Shown here piece after piece: positions 1 to 9,309 of a DNA stretch of 64,000 nt. Every line of letters begins with the position of its first letter. Positions within the stretch are counted from its first letter, which is position 1. The notes below the pieces were generated by a model, which saw only the letters and a list, made by a program, of their open reading frames with translations, made no database searches and was not told the DNA's origin. A program made the position numbers and the translations under genes. Location of the stretch: contig CBDBOV010000003.1 of assembly GCA_965208575.1 (NCBI GenBank), positions 480,001 through 544,000 of the forward strand. Reading direction: 5' to 3'. Source of the stretch: Spirochaetia bacterium (GTDB taxonomy: Bacteria > Spirochaetota > Spirochaetia > SZUA-6 > Bin103).

Positions 1-21
1 CGACGCCGATGAAAGAGGACG

Positions 22-465
22 ATGACTACGCTACCGAAGATCCTGTTCGACCAAATCGAGCGGCACGGCCGCGATGCGTACCCGGAGGAGTGCGTCGGTG
101 CCCTGATCGGCACCGTGGCCGCGGGCGGGAGCGAGCGCGCCGTGGAGCGGCTGTTCCCGATCGACAACCGCTCCGAGGAGAACCGCAAGCGGCGCTACCT
201 CGTGTCGCCGCTCGCCTACCTGGCCGCCGAGCGCGCCGCCGACTCCGCCGGCAAGGCGCTGCTCGGCTTCTACCACTCGCATCCCGAGCACCCGGCCGAG
301 CCGAGCGCCACCGACCTCGCCTGGGCGCAGCCCAACTTCGCCTACGTCATCATGTCGATCCGGCGCTCCGGAGACGCCGAGCCCGCTGCCGCCGGCGCCG
401 GCGCCTTCCTGCTCGACCCCGACCGCTCCGGCTTCCTGACCGACGAACTGGTGATCGCCTCGTGA
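22..465 (+). CDS. JAMM/MPN+ (M67, Mec-like) metalloprotease
   Basis: Upstream E in YPEECVG and JAMM motif FYHSHPEHPAEPSATD (HxH-x7-S-x2-D); RBS GAGGA. Confidence 0.9.
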   Translation: MTTLPKILFDQIERHGRDAYPEECVGALIGTVAAGGSERAVERLFPIDNRSEENRKRRYLVSPLAYLAAERAADSAGKALLGFYHSHPEHPAEPSATDLAWAQPNFAYVIMSIRRSGDAEPAAAGAGAFLLDPDRSGFLTDELVIAS

Positions 466-500
466 TTGCGGCACGGACTCGACCTCGCTACGTTCTCGCC

Positions 501-1280
501 ATGAATCGGATTCTGACTCTGCTGGCGCTGGCTGCCGCCGTTCTGTTCAGCGCAACCTGCTCCATGGGAGGCGCGACAGGAACTGCGCCGATGGAATCGC
601 CGGAAACGGAATCGCCGGAGACCGAATCGCCGGAAACGGAATCGCCGGAGACGGAGTCGCCGGAGACCGAATCGCCCCTGCCGGCCGAGGGCGAAGCGCG
701 GTATCGGGTCACGTTCGCGGCCACCTGGAGCGCCGCGACCCATCCGACCAACTTTCCGGACGGTCCGCACTTCTCCGGGCTGATCGGGGCCACGCACGAC
801 GCGGAGCCCCGCATCTGGCAACTCGGCCAACTCGCGTCGGACGGCATCGAGTCGATGGCGGAGACCGGCGGGAAGTCGACACTCAGCGACGAGATCGATG
901 CGCTGATCGCAGCCGGGACCGCACACGGCGAGCTGTCCGGCGGCGGTTTGTCCACCTCATCGAGCGTCAGCCTGGAGTTCGACATCGTCTCGTCGCATCC
1001 GTACGTGACGCTGGTGAGCATGCTGGCGCCGAGCCCCGACTGGTTCGTCGGCGTCTCCGCCCTTCCACTGCTGGCCGAGGACGGCACCTGGAAAGAGCGC
1101 GAGGAAGTGATGCTCCGCCTCTACGACGCCGGCACCGACGACGGGGCCCGGTTCACCAGCGGCAACGCCGACTCCGACCCCGCGCAGCCGATCTCCCGCC
1201 TGACCAGCGAATCCGGCGACACCGACTTCACCGACGGCAAACCGCCGGTCGGTACCTTCACGTTCCAGAAGCTGCCGTGA
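501..1280 (+). CDS. Secreted Spondin_N domain protein with ESPET linker repeats
   Basis: Signal peptide; YRVTFAATWS..THP, PHFSGLIGATH, SMLAPSPDWFVG, LYDAGTD motifs. Confidence 0.85.
   Translation: MNRILTLLALAAAVLFSATCSMGGATGTAPMESPETESPETESPETESPETESPETESPLPAEGEARYRVTFAATWSAATHPTNFPDGPHFSGLIGATHDAEPRIWQLGQLASDGIESMAETGGKSTLSDEIDALIAAGTAHGELSGGGLSTSSSVSLEFDIVSSHPYVTLVSMLAPSPDWFVGVSALPLLAEDGTWKEREEVMLRLYDAGTDDGARFTSGNADSDPAQPISRLTSESGDTDFTDGKPPVGTFTFQKLP
594..677 (+). repeat. 15-bp tandem repeat encoding ESPET (~5.6 copies)
   Basis: GAATCGCCGGA(A/G)AC(G/C) units seen directly. Confidence 0.9.
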
Positions 1281-1314
1281 CCGGACGGCGCTTATCGTTA
1301 TACTGTCGCGTGAG

Positions 1315-2325
1315 ATGAGTGCGTATCCCTATATACCGATCCGGGTGGCGTGGAAGCGGCCGCGGATCGACCGGGAGCTGTTGGCGCGGTTCATGCGGCG
1401 CAGCGACCTGCATGGCCTGTGGCACAGCCTCGGAGTGCTGGGGATTCTGGCCGCCTCCGGCTCCCTGTGCTGGTGGTTCTTCAGCACCGGCCAATGGGTG
1501 CTGATGGCGCTGGCGCTGTACGTGCACGGCGGCCTGTTCGCGTTCAACCCGCAGACGCACGAACTGTCGCATCGCACCATGTTCCGGACGCGCTGGCTGA
1601 ACAACCTGTTCGGACGCATCTTCGGGCTGGTGCACTGGCACAGCAATCTCGCCACCTACCGGATGAGCCACAAGTACCACCACCGCTACACCCTGCACCG
1701 CCGCAGCGAGGGAGAGCGCGTGCATCCGAAGGTGAAAACCACCGAGGAGGTGCTGCAGCAGGCGTTCCAGGTGGTGGACATCGGCGCGCTGGTGACCGCG
1801 CTGTACGACCAGGTCTACTCGATCTTCCGGCCCTACCTGAGCAACCCGCGGCGCAGCGTGTGGCAGCGCTACGTCTACGAGCAGGCCACCGAGCACGAGC
1901 GCCGCGAGGCGCACCGGCGGCAGGTGACCCAGTTCCTGTTCCACGCGGCGTTCGCCGTGTTCGCGGTCGCCATCGGCCACTGGTTCCTGGTCGTGGTGGT
2001 GAGCCTGCCGCGCTTCTACGGGGCGCGCTGGTACCACACGCTGGTGCACGCGACCATGCACGTGGGCCGCGAACCGGAGGCGGACGACTTCCGCAAGAGT
2101 TGCCGGTCGGTGAAAGTGGACCCGTTCACGTCGTTCCTGTACTGGCACATGGAGTGGCATACCGAGCACCACACCTTCCCCGCGGTCCCCTGCTACCGCC
2201 TGAAGAAGTTCCACGAAGCCACCCGCGAGCACTGGGAGGCCCCGCAGTCGCTGCGCCAGGCCTGGAAGGAGATGAACGCCCACAGCGCCGCCCTGCTCTC
2301 CCTCGCCCCCAAACCGGCGGCGTAG
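1315..2325 (+). CDS. Membrane fatty acid desaturase family protein
   Basis: His boxes HELSH, HKYHH, HTEHH plus transmembrane segments. Confidence 0.85.
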   Translation: MSAYPYIPIRVAWKRPRIDRELLARFMRRSDLHGLWHSLGVLGILAASGSLCWWFFSTGQWVLMALALYVHGGLFAFNPQTHELSHRTMFRTRWLNNLFGRIFGLVHWHSNLATYRMSHKYHHRYTLHRRSEGERVHPKVKTTEEVLQQAFQVVDIGALVTALYDQVYSIFRPYLSNPRRSVWQRYVYEQATEHERREAHRRQVTQFLFHAAFAVFAVAIGHWFLVVVVSLPRFYGARWYHTLVHATMHVGREPEADDFRKSCRSVKVDPFTSFLYWHMEWHTEHHTFPAVPCYRLKKFHEATREHWEAPQSLRQAWKEMNAHSAALLSLAPKPAA

Positions 2326-2344
2326 GGGTTCAGTGGTGCTTGAT

Positions 2345-2396
2345 TTTTTGCTTAGAGTACAAACTCTTTGCTATGTTTTTCACGTCGAAGCAAAAA
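2345..2396. promoter_or_regulatory. AT-rich promoter with inverted arms (TTTTTGCTT...AAGCAAAAA) upstream of ATPase
   Basis: 9-bp inverted repeat seen; TAGTGT -10-like hexamer 6 nt before ATG 2412. Confidence 0.4.
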
Positions 2397-2411
2397 TGTT
2401 AGTGTTGTGGG

Positions 2412-3530
2412 ATGGAAGCCTCCCTCCCGCGGTATCTCACCACGCAGATTCGGGCCGATCTGGAACGCAAGATGGTGTTCGTGTCCGGGCCGCGGCAGGT
2501 CGGGAAGACGACCTTGGCCCGGCACCTGCTGCCCGAACCGTCCGGTTATCTGAACTGGGACATTCCCGAACACCGCGACATGATTCTGCGTGGCCGCCTG
2601 CCACCAACCGACATGCTGGCGTTCGACGAGCTGCACAAGTTCCGGCGCTGGCGCGAGTTTCTCAAGGGGCTCTACGACCGCCGGGACGGCAGGAGGATTC
2701 TGGTCACCGGCAGCGGCCGGCTCGACTACTACCGGCACGGCGGCGACTCTCTGCAGGGCCGCTATCATCACCTGCGGATGCACCCGCTGTCGGTCGCCGA
2801 GCTTGCGGTCGACGACCCGAACGGGCTCATGCGGCTACTCGATCGGGGCGGCTTCCCGGAGCCCTACCTGAGCGAGTCGATGGATGCCGCCCAGCGCTGG
2901 TCGCGCGAGTACCGGGTTCGCCTGGTCGACGATGAGATCAGTGACCTGGAGCGGGTGGATGACCTCAGCGCGCTGCAGTTGCTGGCGGTGAGGCTGTCCG
3001 ACCTGGTAGGTAGTCCGCTGTCGGTAAACGCACTGCGCGAGGACTTGCGCGTGAGCCATCGTACTGTGTCCCGCTGGCTGGAAATCTTCGAGCGGCTGTA
3101 CGCCATCGTACGCATCGCACCGGTCGGTGCACCGGCGATCAGGGCAGTCAGCAAGGCTCAGAAGCACTACCATTACGATTGGCTGCCGATCGCCGATCGG
3201 GCAGCGCGCTTCGAGAACGTCGTGGCGCTGCACTTGTTGAAGTGGGTGCACCACGAGCAGGACGTGCGCGGACGAGAGCTGGACCTGCGCTACTTTCGCG
3301 ATGTCGACGGTCGCGAGGTGGACTTCGTAATCACGGAACGCGGCGTTCCTACGCACCTGGTCGAGGTGAAGTGGCGCGACCGGCCCCTGGATCGGGCTCT
3401 GCGCTACCTGAGCGAACGCTTCCCCGAGGCAGCGGCATATCAACTCAGCGCCACGGGAACGGACGACTACCGCACCCACGGCGGCATCCGGGTGCAGCCG
3501 GCGCTGCCGTTCCTGCGCGGGCTGGTGTAG
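2412..3530 (+). CDS. AAA_14 ATPase with DUF4143 C-terminal nuclease-like domain
   Basis: GPRQVGKT, FDELHK, GGFPEP, FENVV, REVDFV..EVK. Confidence 0.9.
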   Translation: MEASLPRYLTTQIRADLERKMVFVSGPRQVGKTTLARHLLPEPSGYLNWDIPEHRDMILRGRLPPTDMLAFDELHKFRRWREFLKGLYDRRDGRRILVTGSGRLDYYRHGGDSLQGRYHHLRMHPLSVAELAVDDPNGLMRLLDRGGFPEPYLSESMDAAQRWSREYRVRLVDDEISDLERVDDLSALQLLAVRLSDLVGSPLSVNALREDLRVSHRTVSRWLEIFERLYAIVRIAPVGAPAIRAVSKAQKHYHYDWLPIADRAARFENVVALHLLKWVHHEQDVRGRELDLRYFRDVDGREVDFVITERGVPTHLVEVKWRDRPLDRALRYLSERFPEAAAYQLSATGTDDYRTHGGIRVQPALPFLRGLV

Positions 3531-3537
3531 GTACCCC

Positions 3538-4710
3538 TTACGGCGGGTCGGCGATTCCGTCGCGGGTCTCGGCGATGACCATGTCCACGACCGCGCGCAG
3601 CGCCTGCGGGATGGTGTCGCCCTCCAGCCGGCGCAGACGGTACAGGTCGATCTGCCGGTCCGCGCCGGTGCCGAGGCGGATGATCTCGGTGACGCGCTGC
3701 AATTCCCGCTCGCAGTCGAGCGCGGCGGCGTCCTCGGCGAGGTCGTCGATCAGCTCCTCGACACCCTCCAGAATGTCGACCCGCTTGCCGGCGCGCAGGT
3801 CGCCCAGGAACGCGAGGACCCCGTAGCGCGACGCGTGCCAGCGGTTCTCGGCGATCAGCTCGGTCGGCGGCTCCGGCGGCAGCCCTTCCTCGGCGTCCTG
3901 CCGCAACAGCCGCCGGATCAGGCAGGCATACAGGGAGGCAAGGCTCAGCGTGTCCTCCATGCGCGGGCAGATGTCGCAGATGCGCACCTCGATAGTGGGA
4001 AAGCGAACCGCCGGACGGATGTCCCACCACAACTCGGTGCCGTCGCCGATGAAGTCCATCGACTGGTAGTCGGCCACCAGGCGGTCGTAGTCGGCGCGGG
4101 TCCGAAACGGCGGCGGCAGGTTGGTGCGCGGCATGGAGGCGATCACGGTGAGGCGGTAGGACTTGAAACCGGTCTCGCGGCCGCCGTTGAACGGCGACGA
4201 GGTGGACAGCGCGTGCATGATCGGCAGGTAGCGGCGCAGCGCGGTCATCACCCGGATGCGCGACTCGGCATCGCCGAAGCCGGCGTGGATGTGCATGCCG
4301 CCGACCAGGTAGCGGCGCACCACGTCCTGAAAGGTTGCCGCGAAGCGGTCGTAGCGCTCCTTGGGGGTGATCGCCTGCGCCTGCCAGTGGGCGAACGGGT
4401 GGGTAGAGGAAGCGATCACCGCCGCGCCGAACCGCGCGGCCGTGTCGATCACCAGCGAACGGGTCTCGATCTGCGCTGCCCGCAGGTCGGCCACCGACGT
4501 GCACACCCGGGTGTTGGTCTCGATCTGGGTGCGCAGCAGCTCGTGCACCACCTTGTGCGGTCCGCTGTCGCGCTCGCAGGCGTCGAACAGCGCCGGGTCG
4601 GGGTCGGCGATCAGGTCTCGTGAGTCGGGATCGACCAGGAAGAACTCTTCCTCCAGGCCGAAGGTGATCCCGAGCTTGTCAGTCTTAACGGTGGCCTGAT
4701 TATCCTTCAC
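3538..4710 (-). CDS. Carboxylate-amine ligase (YbdK / glutamate-cysteine ligase family 2)
   Basis: TFGLEEEFFLVD, GMHIH, WWDIRP..FPTIEVRICD; start approximate. Confidence 0.9.
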   Translation of the reverse strand: MKDNQATVKTDKLGITFGLEEEFFLVDPDSRDLIADPDPALFDACERDSGPHKVVHELLRTQIETNTRVCTSVADLRAAQIETRSLVIDTAARFGAAVIASSTHPFAHWQAQAITPKERYDRFAATFQDVVRRYLVGGMHIHAGFGDAESRIRVMTALRRYLPIMHALSTSSPFNGGRETGFKSYRLTVIASMPRTNLPPPFRTRADYDRLVADYQSMDFIGDGTELWWDIRPAVRFPTIEVRICDICPRMEDTLSLASLYACLIRRLLRQDAEEGLPPEPPTELIAENRWHASRYGVLAFLGDLRAGKRVDILEGVEELIDDLAEDAAALDCERELQRVTEIIRLGTGADRQIDLYRLRRLEGDTIPQALRAVVDMVIAETRDGIADPP

Positions 4711-4832
4711 AGTGGCCTGATTATACTGCTCCGTTGCGTGTTGGACACACGGTCCGTTACACGGAGTGGACACGGACGGGGCTCAGCCGGTTGTTTGGCG
4801 CCGGTTCGGTTCGGAGTTATTATCGTAGCGAC

Positions 4833-6311
4833 ATGGCCATTACCATTCACATTCCCACTCCGTTGCGGCCCTTTCTGGACAACCAGGACACGGTTACCGT
4901 CGACGGCGAAGGCGCCGTCGGCGAGGTGCTGCGGCAACTGGCGGCCGGCCACGACGACCTGGGCAAGCACCTGTTCGGGGCCGACGGCGCGCTGCGCAAC
5001 TTCGTCAACGTGTACGTGAACGAGGAAGACATTCGCTACCAGGACGGCGAGAACACCGCCGTCAAGAGCGGCGACACCGTCTCCATCGTGCCGTCGATCG
5101 CCGGCGGCAGCGGTGCCGCCGAGGCCCTGAGCCCCGCCGAGCTGGCGCGCTACAGCCGCCACATCCTGATTCCGGACGTGGGCGTCCCGGGACAGGAGCG
5201 GCTCAAGGCCAGTTCGGCCCTGCTGATCGGCGCCGGCGGCCTCGGCTCGCCGCTGGCCCTGTACCTGGCTGCGGCCGGTATCGGGCGCATCGGCATCGTC
5301 GAGTTCGACAAGATCGACGAGACCAACCTGCAGCGCCAGATCCTGTACGGCACCTCGCAGGTGGGCCAGTCCAAGCTGCAGCGGGCAACCGACCGGCTGC
5401 GCGACCTCAATCCGGCCATCACCATCGAGCCGATCGAGGAGCCGCTCACGTCGGCCAACGCCCTGGAGCTGTTCCGGAACTACGACGTGGTGGCCGACGG
5501 CACCGACAACTTCCCGACCCGCTACCTGGTGAACGACGCCTGCGTGCTCACCGGCACGCCCAACGTGTACGGCTCGATCTTCCGCTTCGAGGGGCAGATC
5601 TCGGTGTTCAACTACCAGGGCGGCCCCTGCTACCGCTGCCTGTACAGCGAGCCGCCGCCGCCCGGACTGGTGCCGAGCTGCGCCGAGGGCGGCGTGCTCG
5701 GCGTGCTGCCCGGCGTGGTCGGCGCGCTGCAGGCCAACGAGGTGATCAAGGTGCTGCTCGGCATCGGCGACGTTGCCGCCGGGCGGCTGGTGATCTACGA
5801 CGCCCTGAAGCTGACCTTCCGCCAGCTCAAGCTGCGCCGCAACCCGGACTGCGTGGTGTGCGGCGAGAACCCGACCGTGACCGAGCTGATCGACTACGAG
5901 CAGTTCTGCGGCATGCCGGCGTTCGAGGGCAGCGCCGGCGGGCAGGCGGTCGCGGCGCACGGCGCGGCGGACAACGGCGACGGCGACGGCGGCATCCGCG
6001 AGATCGACGTGTTCGAGCTGCAGGCGCGCAGGGAGCGCGGCGAGGAGTTCCAGCTCATCGACGTGCGCGAGCCGTGGGAGGCGGACATCAACCAGATCGA
6101 CGGCGCCGAGCTGATCCCGCTCGGCGAGTTGCCCGACCGCCTCGACGAGCTCGACCCGGCGGCCAGCTACGTCGTGCACTGCAAGATGGGCGGGCGCAGC
6201 GCCAACGCGGTCGCCCAGATGCAGGAGGCCGGGTTCCGCGACGTGGTCAACCTGGAGGGCGGCATCAGCGCCTGGGTCGACGAAATCGACCCCGATCAAC
6301 AGTCGTACTAA
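4833..6311 (+). CDS. moeB: ThiS/MoaD ubiquitin-like domain fused to MoeB/E1 adenylyltransferase and rhodanese (MoeZ-like)
   Basis: Ubl ending PSIAGG; RYSRH, GAGGLGS, NLQRQ, CYRC, PSCAEGGV, CVVC; rhodanese HCKMGGRS. Confidence 0.92.
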   Translation: MAITIHIPTPLRPFLDNQDTVTVDGEGAVGEVLRQLAAGHDDLGKHLFGADGALRNFVNVYVNEEDIRYQDGENTAVKSGDTVSIVPSIAGGSGAAEALSPAELARYSRHILIPDVGVPGQERLKASSALLIGAGGLGSPLALYLAAAGIGRIGIVEFDKIDETNLQRQILYGTSQVGQSKLQRATDRLRDLNPAITIEPIEEPLTSANALELFRNYDVVADGTDNFPTRYLVNDACVLTGTPNVYGSIFRFEGQISVFNYQGGPCYRCLYSEPPPPGLVPSCAEGGVLGVLPGVVGALQANEVIKVLLGIGDVAAGRLVIYDALKLTFRQLKLRRNPDCVVCGENPTVTELIDYEQFCGMPAFEGSAGGQAVAAHGAADNGDGDGGIREIDVFELQARRERGEEFQLIDVREPWEADINQIDGAELIPLGELPDRLDELDPAASYVVHCKMGGRSANAVAQMQEAGFRDVVNLEGGISAWVDEIDPDQQSY

Positions 6312-6321
6312 GCGCAGACCA

Positions 6322-6352
6322 GGATAGTCCGGATTCCGATTCCGGGTTATCC
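6322..6352. promoter_or_regulatory. Palindromic operator-like site upstream of TRAP operon
   Basis: GGATAGTCCGGA-ttccgat-TCCGGGTTATCC, followed by TTGACA (6357) and TACACT (6382). Confidence 0.5.
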
Positions 6353-6393
6353 ACATTTGACACTCTGTCCGGTAAGTCCGGTACACTCGGGCA

Positions 6394-7449
6394 ATGCGCC
6401 GGATCGATCGCCGCCGAGCCATCGTCAACGGGCCGTTTCCCGCCCTCGTTGCGGCACTGTTCTGCGCGCTCGCTAGCAGTGCGGGCGCGGAGCAGATCAC
6501 GCTTCGGCTGCACACGTTCAACTCGCCCAGGTCGATCGCCGTCCAGTCGTTCCTGCAGCCATGGGCCGACGAGATCGAGGAGCGAACCGACGGCCGGGTC
6601 GAGGTGCAGGTATTTCCCGCGATGCAGCTCGGCGGCAGGCCGGCGGATCTCTACGGGCAGGCGCGCGACGGCGTGGTCGATATCGTCTGGACCTTGCCCG
6701 GTTACTCGGCGGGGAGATTCCCACTGACCGAGGTGTTCGAGCTGCCCTTCGTCTGCGGTGACGCGGAAGCGACCAGTCAAGCGTTGCACGAGTTCTCCGG
6801 GAAATGGCTGCGGGATGAGTACGACGATACGCATCCGCTGGTGTTCCATGCGGCGGCGCCCGGCCACATCCACACCGCCGACCGCGAGGTGCGCACGCTG
6901 GAAGACCTGGAAGCGTTGAAGATACGCGCTCCCTCGCGGATCAGCGCTGAGATGCTGGAAGCTCTTGGCGCCGTGCCGATCGGCATGCCCGTGCCGAGGG
7001 TCTACGAGGCGCTCTCGCGGGGCGTGGTGGACGGCGCATTGATCCCCTGGACCATCATGCGTCCGTTCCGCCTGCACGAAGTGACGCAGCACCATACGGA
7101 GGTTGCGTTCTCCTGCGCCCTGTTCCTGATGACCATGAACAAGGCGCGCTACGATGGACTGCCGGCGGAAGTCCGCACGATCATCGACGAGACGACCGGA
7201 ATAGCGCTGGCCCGGCGACTGGGGCGGCTGTGGCAGGACGACGAACAGCCGGGCCGTGCCATCGCGCTGGAGCGGGGCCACTCGATCGTTCCGCTGCCGG
7301 AAGCGGAGCGCGAGCGTTGGCGGACCGTCCTGCAGCCGGTGACCGATGGCTGGGTCGAGCAGGTCAGCGCCATGGGCCACGACGGAGAAGCGATGCTCGC
7401 CGATGCCAGGCGCCTGGTCGCCGAGTACGGCGATGACCTCCACCGGTAG
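6394..7449 (+). CDS. dctP: TRAP transporter substrate-binding protein (DctP-like)
   Basis: Signal peptide, GRFPLTEVFELPF, LKIRAPS, YEALSRGVVDG. Confidence 0.9.
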   Translation: MRRIDRRRAIVNGPFPALVAALFCALASSAGAEQITLRLHTFNSPRSIAVQSFLQPWADEIEERTDGRVEVQVFPAMQLGGRPADLYGQARDGVVDIVWTLPGYSAGRFPLTEVFELPFVCGDAEATSQALHEFSGKWLRDEYDDTHPLVFHAAAPGHIHTADREVRTLEDLEALKIRAPSRISAEMLEALGAVPIGMPVPRVYEALSRGVVDGALIPWTIMRPFRLHEVTQHHTEVAFSCALFLMTMNKARYDGLPAEVRTIIDETTGIALARRLGRLWQDDEQPGRAIALERGHSIVPLPEAERERWRTVLQPVTDGWVEQVSAMGHDGEAMLADARRLVAEYGDDLHR

Positions 7450-7990
7450 GCCGGGAGAGCACCAAGAGGCGGCCGCTGCGGCGCGCGGCCGGGAAAGCCT
7501 GCCGGGCGATCACATTGGAGCCCACCTGGAGCGGCTGGCCCGGTTGGTTGCGATTGCCGGGGGCGTGCTGTTGATCGGAGTCGTGTTGATGACCGTGATC
7601 AGCGTCCTCGGGCGCTATCTCTTGGGCGCCCCGATCCCCGGCGACTACGAGATCACCGAGCTCGCCCTCGGCATCGCGGTGTTCGCCTTCCTGCCGTACT
7701 GCCACGCCAGGAGCGGCAACATCGTCGTGGAGTTCTTCACCGGCAGGTTGCGCGCGCGTCACAAGACGGCGCTGGCCACGGTTCACCATATCGCCTTCAC
7801 GCTGGTTGCCGGCCTGATCACCTGGCGCCTGTTCGTCGGCGGCGTGCATAAGCTGCGGGATGGCGAGACGACGCTGTTCCTGGGCATTCCGCTGCATTGG
7901 GCCTACTTCCCGGCGCTGCTCGGAGCCGGATTGCTGACCGCGATCTGCGTCCTGGTCGTCTGCCGTCAGGTTCGCGTCCTGCGGCGATGA
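7433..7990 (+). CDS. dctQ: TRAP transporter small permease (DctQ-like)
   Basis: Four TM helices, PIPGDYEI, NIVVEFF; lies between dctP and dctM; start approximate. Confidence 0.85.
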   Translation: MTSTGRPGEHQEAAAAARGRESLPGDHIGAHLERLARLVAIAGGVLLIGVVLMTVISVLGRYLLGAPIPGDYEITELALGIAVFAFLPYCHARSGNIVVEFFTGRLRARHKTALATVHHIAFTLVAGLITWRLFVGGVHKLRDGETTLFLGIPLHWAYFPALLGAGLLTAICVLVVCRQVRVLRR

Positions 7991-9303
7991 CGAGCATCGG
8001 GTTCGCCGGGCTCCTGTTCGCGGTCTGCCTGGTGCTGATCGCACTCAGGATGCCGGTCGCGGTGGCGATGTTCATCGTCGGCGGCTTCGGCTTCGCCTCG
8101 CTGGCGGGATGGCCGGCGTTCCTCAATCTGCTGAACACGGCACCGTTCGGCCGGGTATCGAGCTACACCCTGTCGGTGCTGCCGCTGTTCCTGTTGATGG
8201 GCCAGTTGGCGACGCGTGCCGGGCTCAGCCGCTCGCTGTTCGATTCCGCGCGCGCCTGGGTCGGTCACCGGCGCGGCGGACTCGCCGTGTCCACCGTTCT
8301 GGGGTGCGCGGCGTTCGGCTCCGTCTGCGGATCCTCGATCGCGACAGGAGCGACGATGGCGTCGGTGGCGCTGCCCGAGATGAGACGCCACGGCTACTCG
8401 GGAGCACTGGCCACCGGCACCCTGGCGGCGGGTGGAACGCTCGGCATCCTGATACCACCGTCGATCATCCTGGTGATCTACGCCGTCATCACCGAGCAGT
8501 CGGTCGGCAAGCTGTTCCTGGCCGCGCTGCTCCCGGGCGTCATCGCAACCCTCGGCTACGCGGTCGCGATCGCGGTCCAGGTCCGGCTCAGGCCCGAGTC
8601 GGGTCCGCCCGCGCCGGCGCTTCCAAACCGCGCTCGCGTGCGCAGCCTGGCCGCGGGATGGCCGGTGGCGGCGATCTTCCTCGTGGTCATCGGCGGGATC
8701 TATTTTGGAGTCTTCACCCCGACGGAGGCTGCTGCGATCGGGGCGGCGGCAACCGCGCTGTTGGCGATTGCGCTTGGGCGGTTGAGCTGGAAGGGCTTCG
8801 CGTCGAGCATACTGGAGACCGCGCAGACCACTGCGGCGATTTTCCTGATCCTGATCGGCGCCGAAGTCTACAACGGCTTTCTCGCGTTGTCCCAGCTCCC
8901 GGTCGGGCTGTCAGCCGCGCTCGCGTCAGCGGGGCTGGCGCCGATGGCGATCATGATCGGCATCTTGCTCATCTACCTGCTGCTCGGCTGCGTGATGGAC
9001 AGCCTGGCCATGATCCTGTTGACCGTGCCGGTGTTCTTTCCCCTGGTAACCGGCCTCGAGTTCGGCCTTACGGAGCCGGAGATCGCAATCTGGTTCGGGA
9101 TCCTGACGCTGATCGTCGTGGAGATCGGGCTGATCACCCCGCCGATCGGCCTCAACGTCTACGTGATCAACTCGCTCGCCGACGGCGTCTCGCTCGGAGA
9201 GTCGTTCCGTGGCATCTTCCCGTTCCTGTTGGTCGATTTCGCCCGCGTCGCCATGCTCCTGGCCGTGCCCGCGACGTGCCTCTGGCTGCCGAGGCTGGAC
9301 TAG
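7987..9303 (+). CDS. dctM: TRAP transporter large permease (DctM-like)
   Basis: GSSIAT, GGTLGILIPPS, GLITPPIGLN. Confidence 0.92.
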   Translation: MTSIGFAGLLFAVCLVLIALRMPVAVAMFIVGGFGFASLAGWPAFLNLLNTAPFGRVSSYTLSVLPLFLLMGQLATRAGLSRSLFDSARAWVGHRRGGLAVSTVLGCAAFGSVCGSSIATGATMASVALPEMRRHGYSGALATGTLAAGGTLGILIPPSIILVIYAVITEQSVGKLFLAALLPGVIATLGYAVAIAVQVRLRPESGPPAPALPNRARVRSLAAGWPVAAIFLVVIGGIYFGVFTPTEAAAIGAAATALLAIALGRLSWKGFASSILETAQTTAAIFLILIGAEVYNGFLALSQLPVGLSAALASAGLAPMAIMIGILLIYLLLGCVMDSLAMILLTVPVFFPLVTGLEFGLTEPEIAIWFGILTLIVVEIGLITPPIGLNVYVINSLADGVSLGESFRGIFPFLLVDFARVAMLLAVPATCLWLPRLD

Positions 9304-9309
9304 CAGCCC

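Noticed and set aside
9-500. N-terminal extension of the 423-aa ORF
   Set aside because: Overlaps the real JAMM gene; the signal peptide starts at 501
4691-4724. GTGGCCTGATTAT direct repeat between divergent ybdK-like and moeB-like genes
   Set aside because: Overlaps the start and -10 region; could be a local duplication and cannot be supported as an operator
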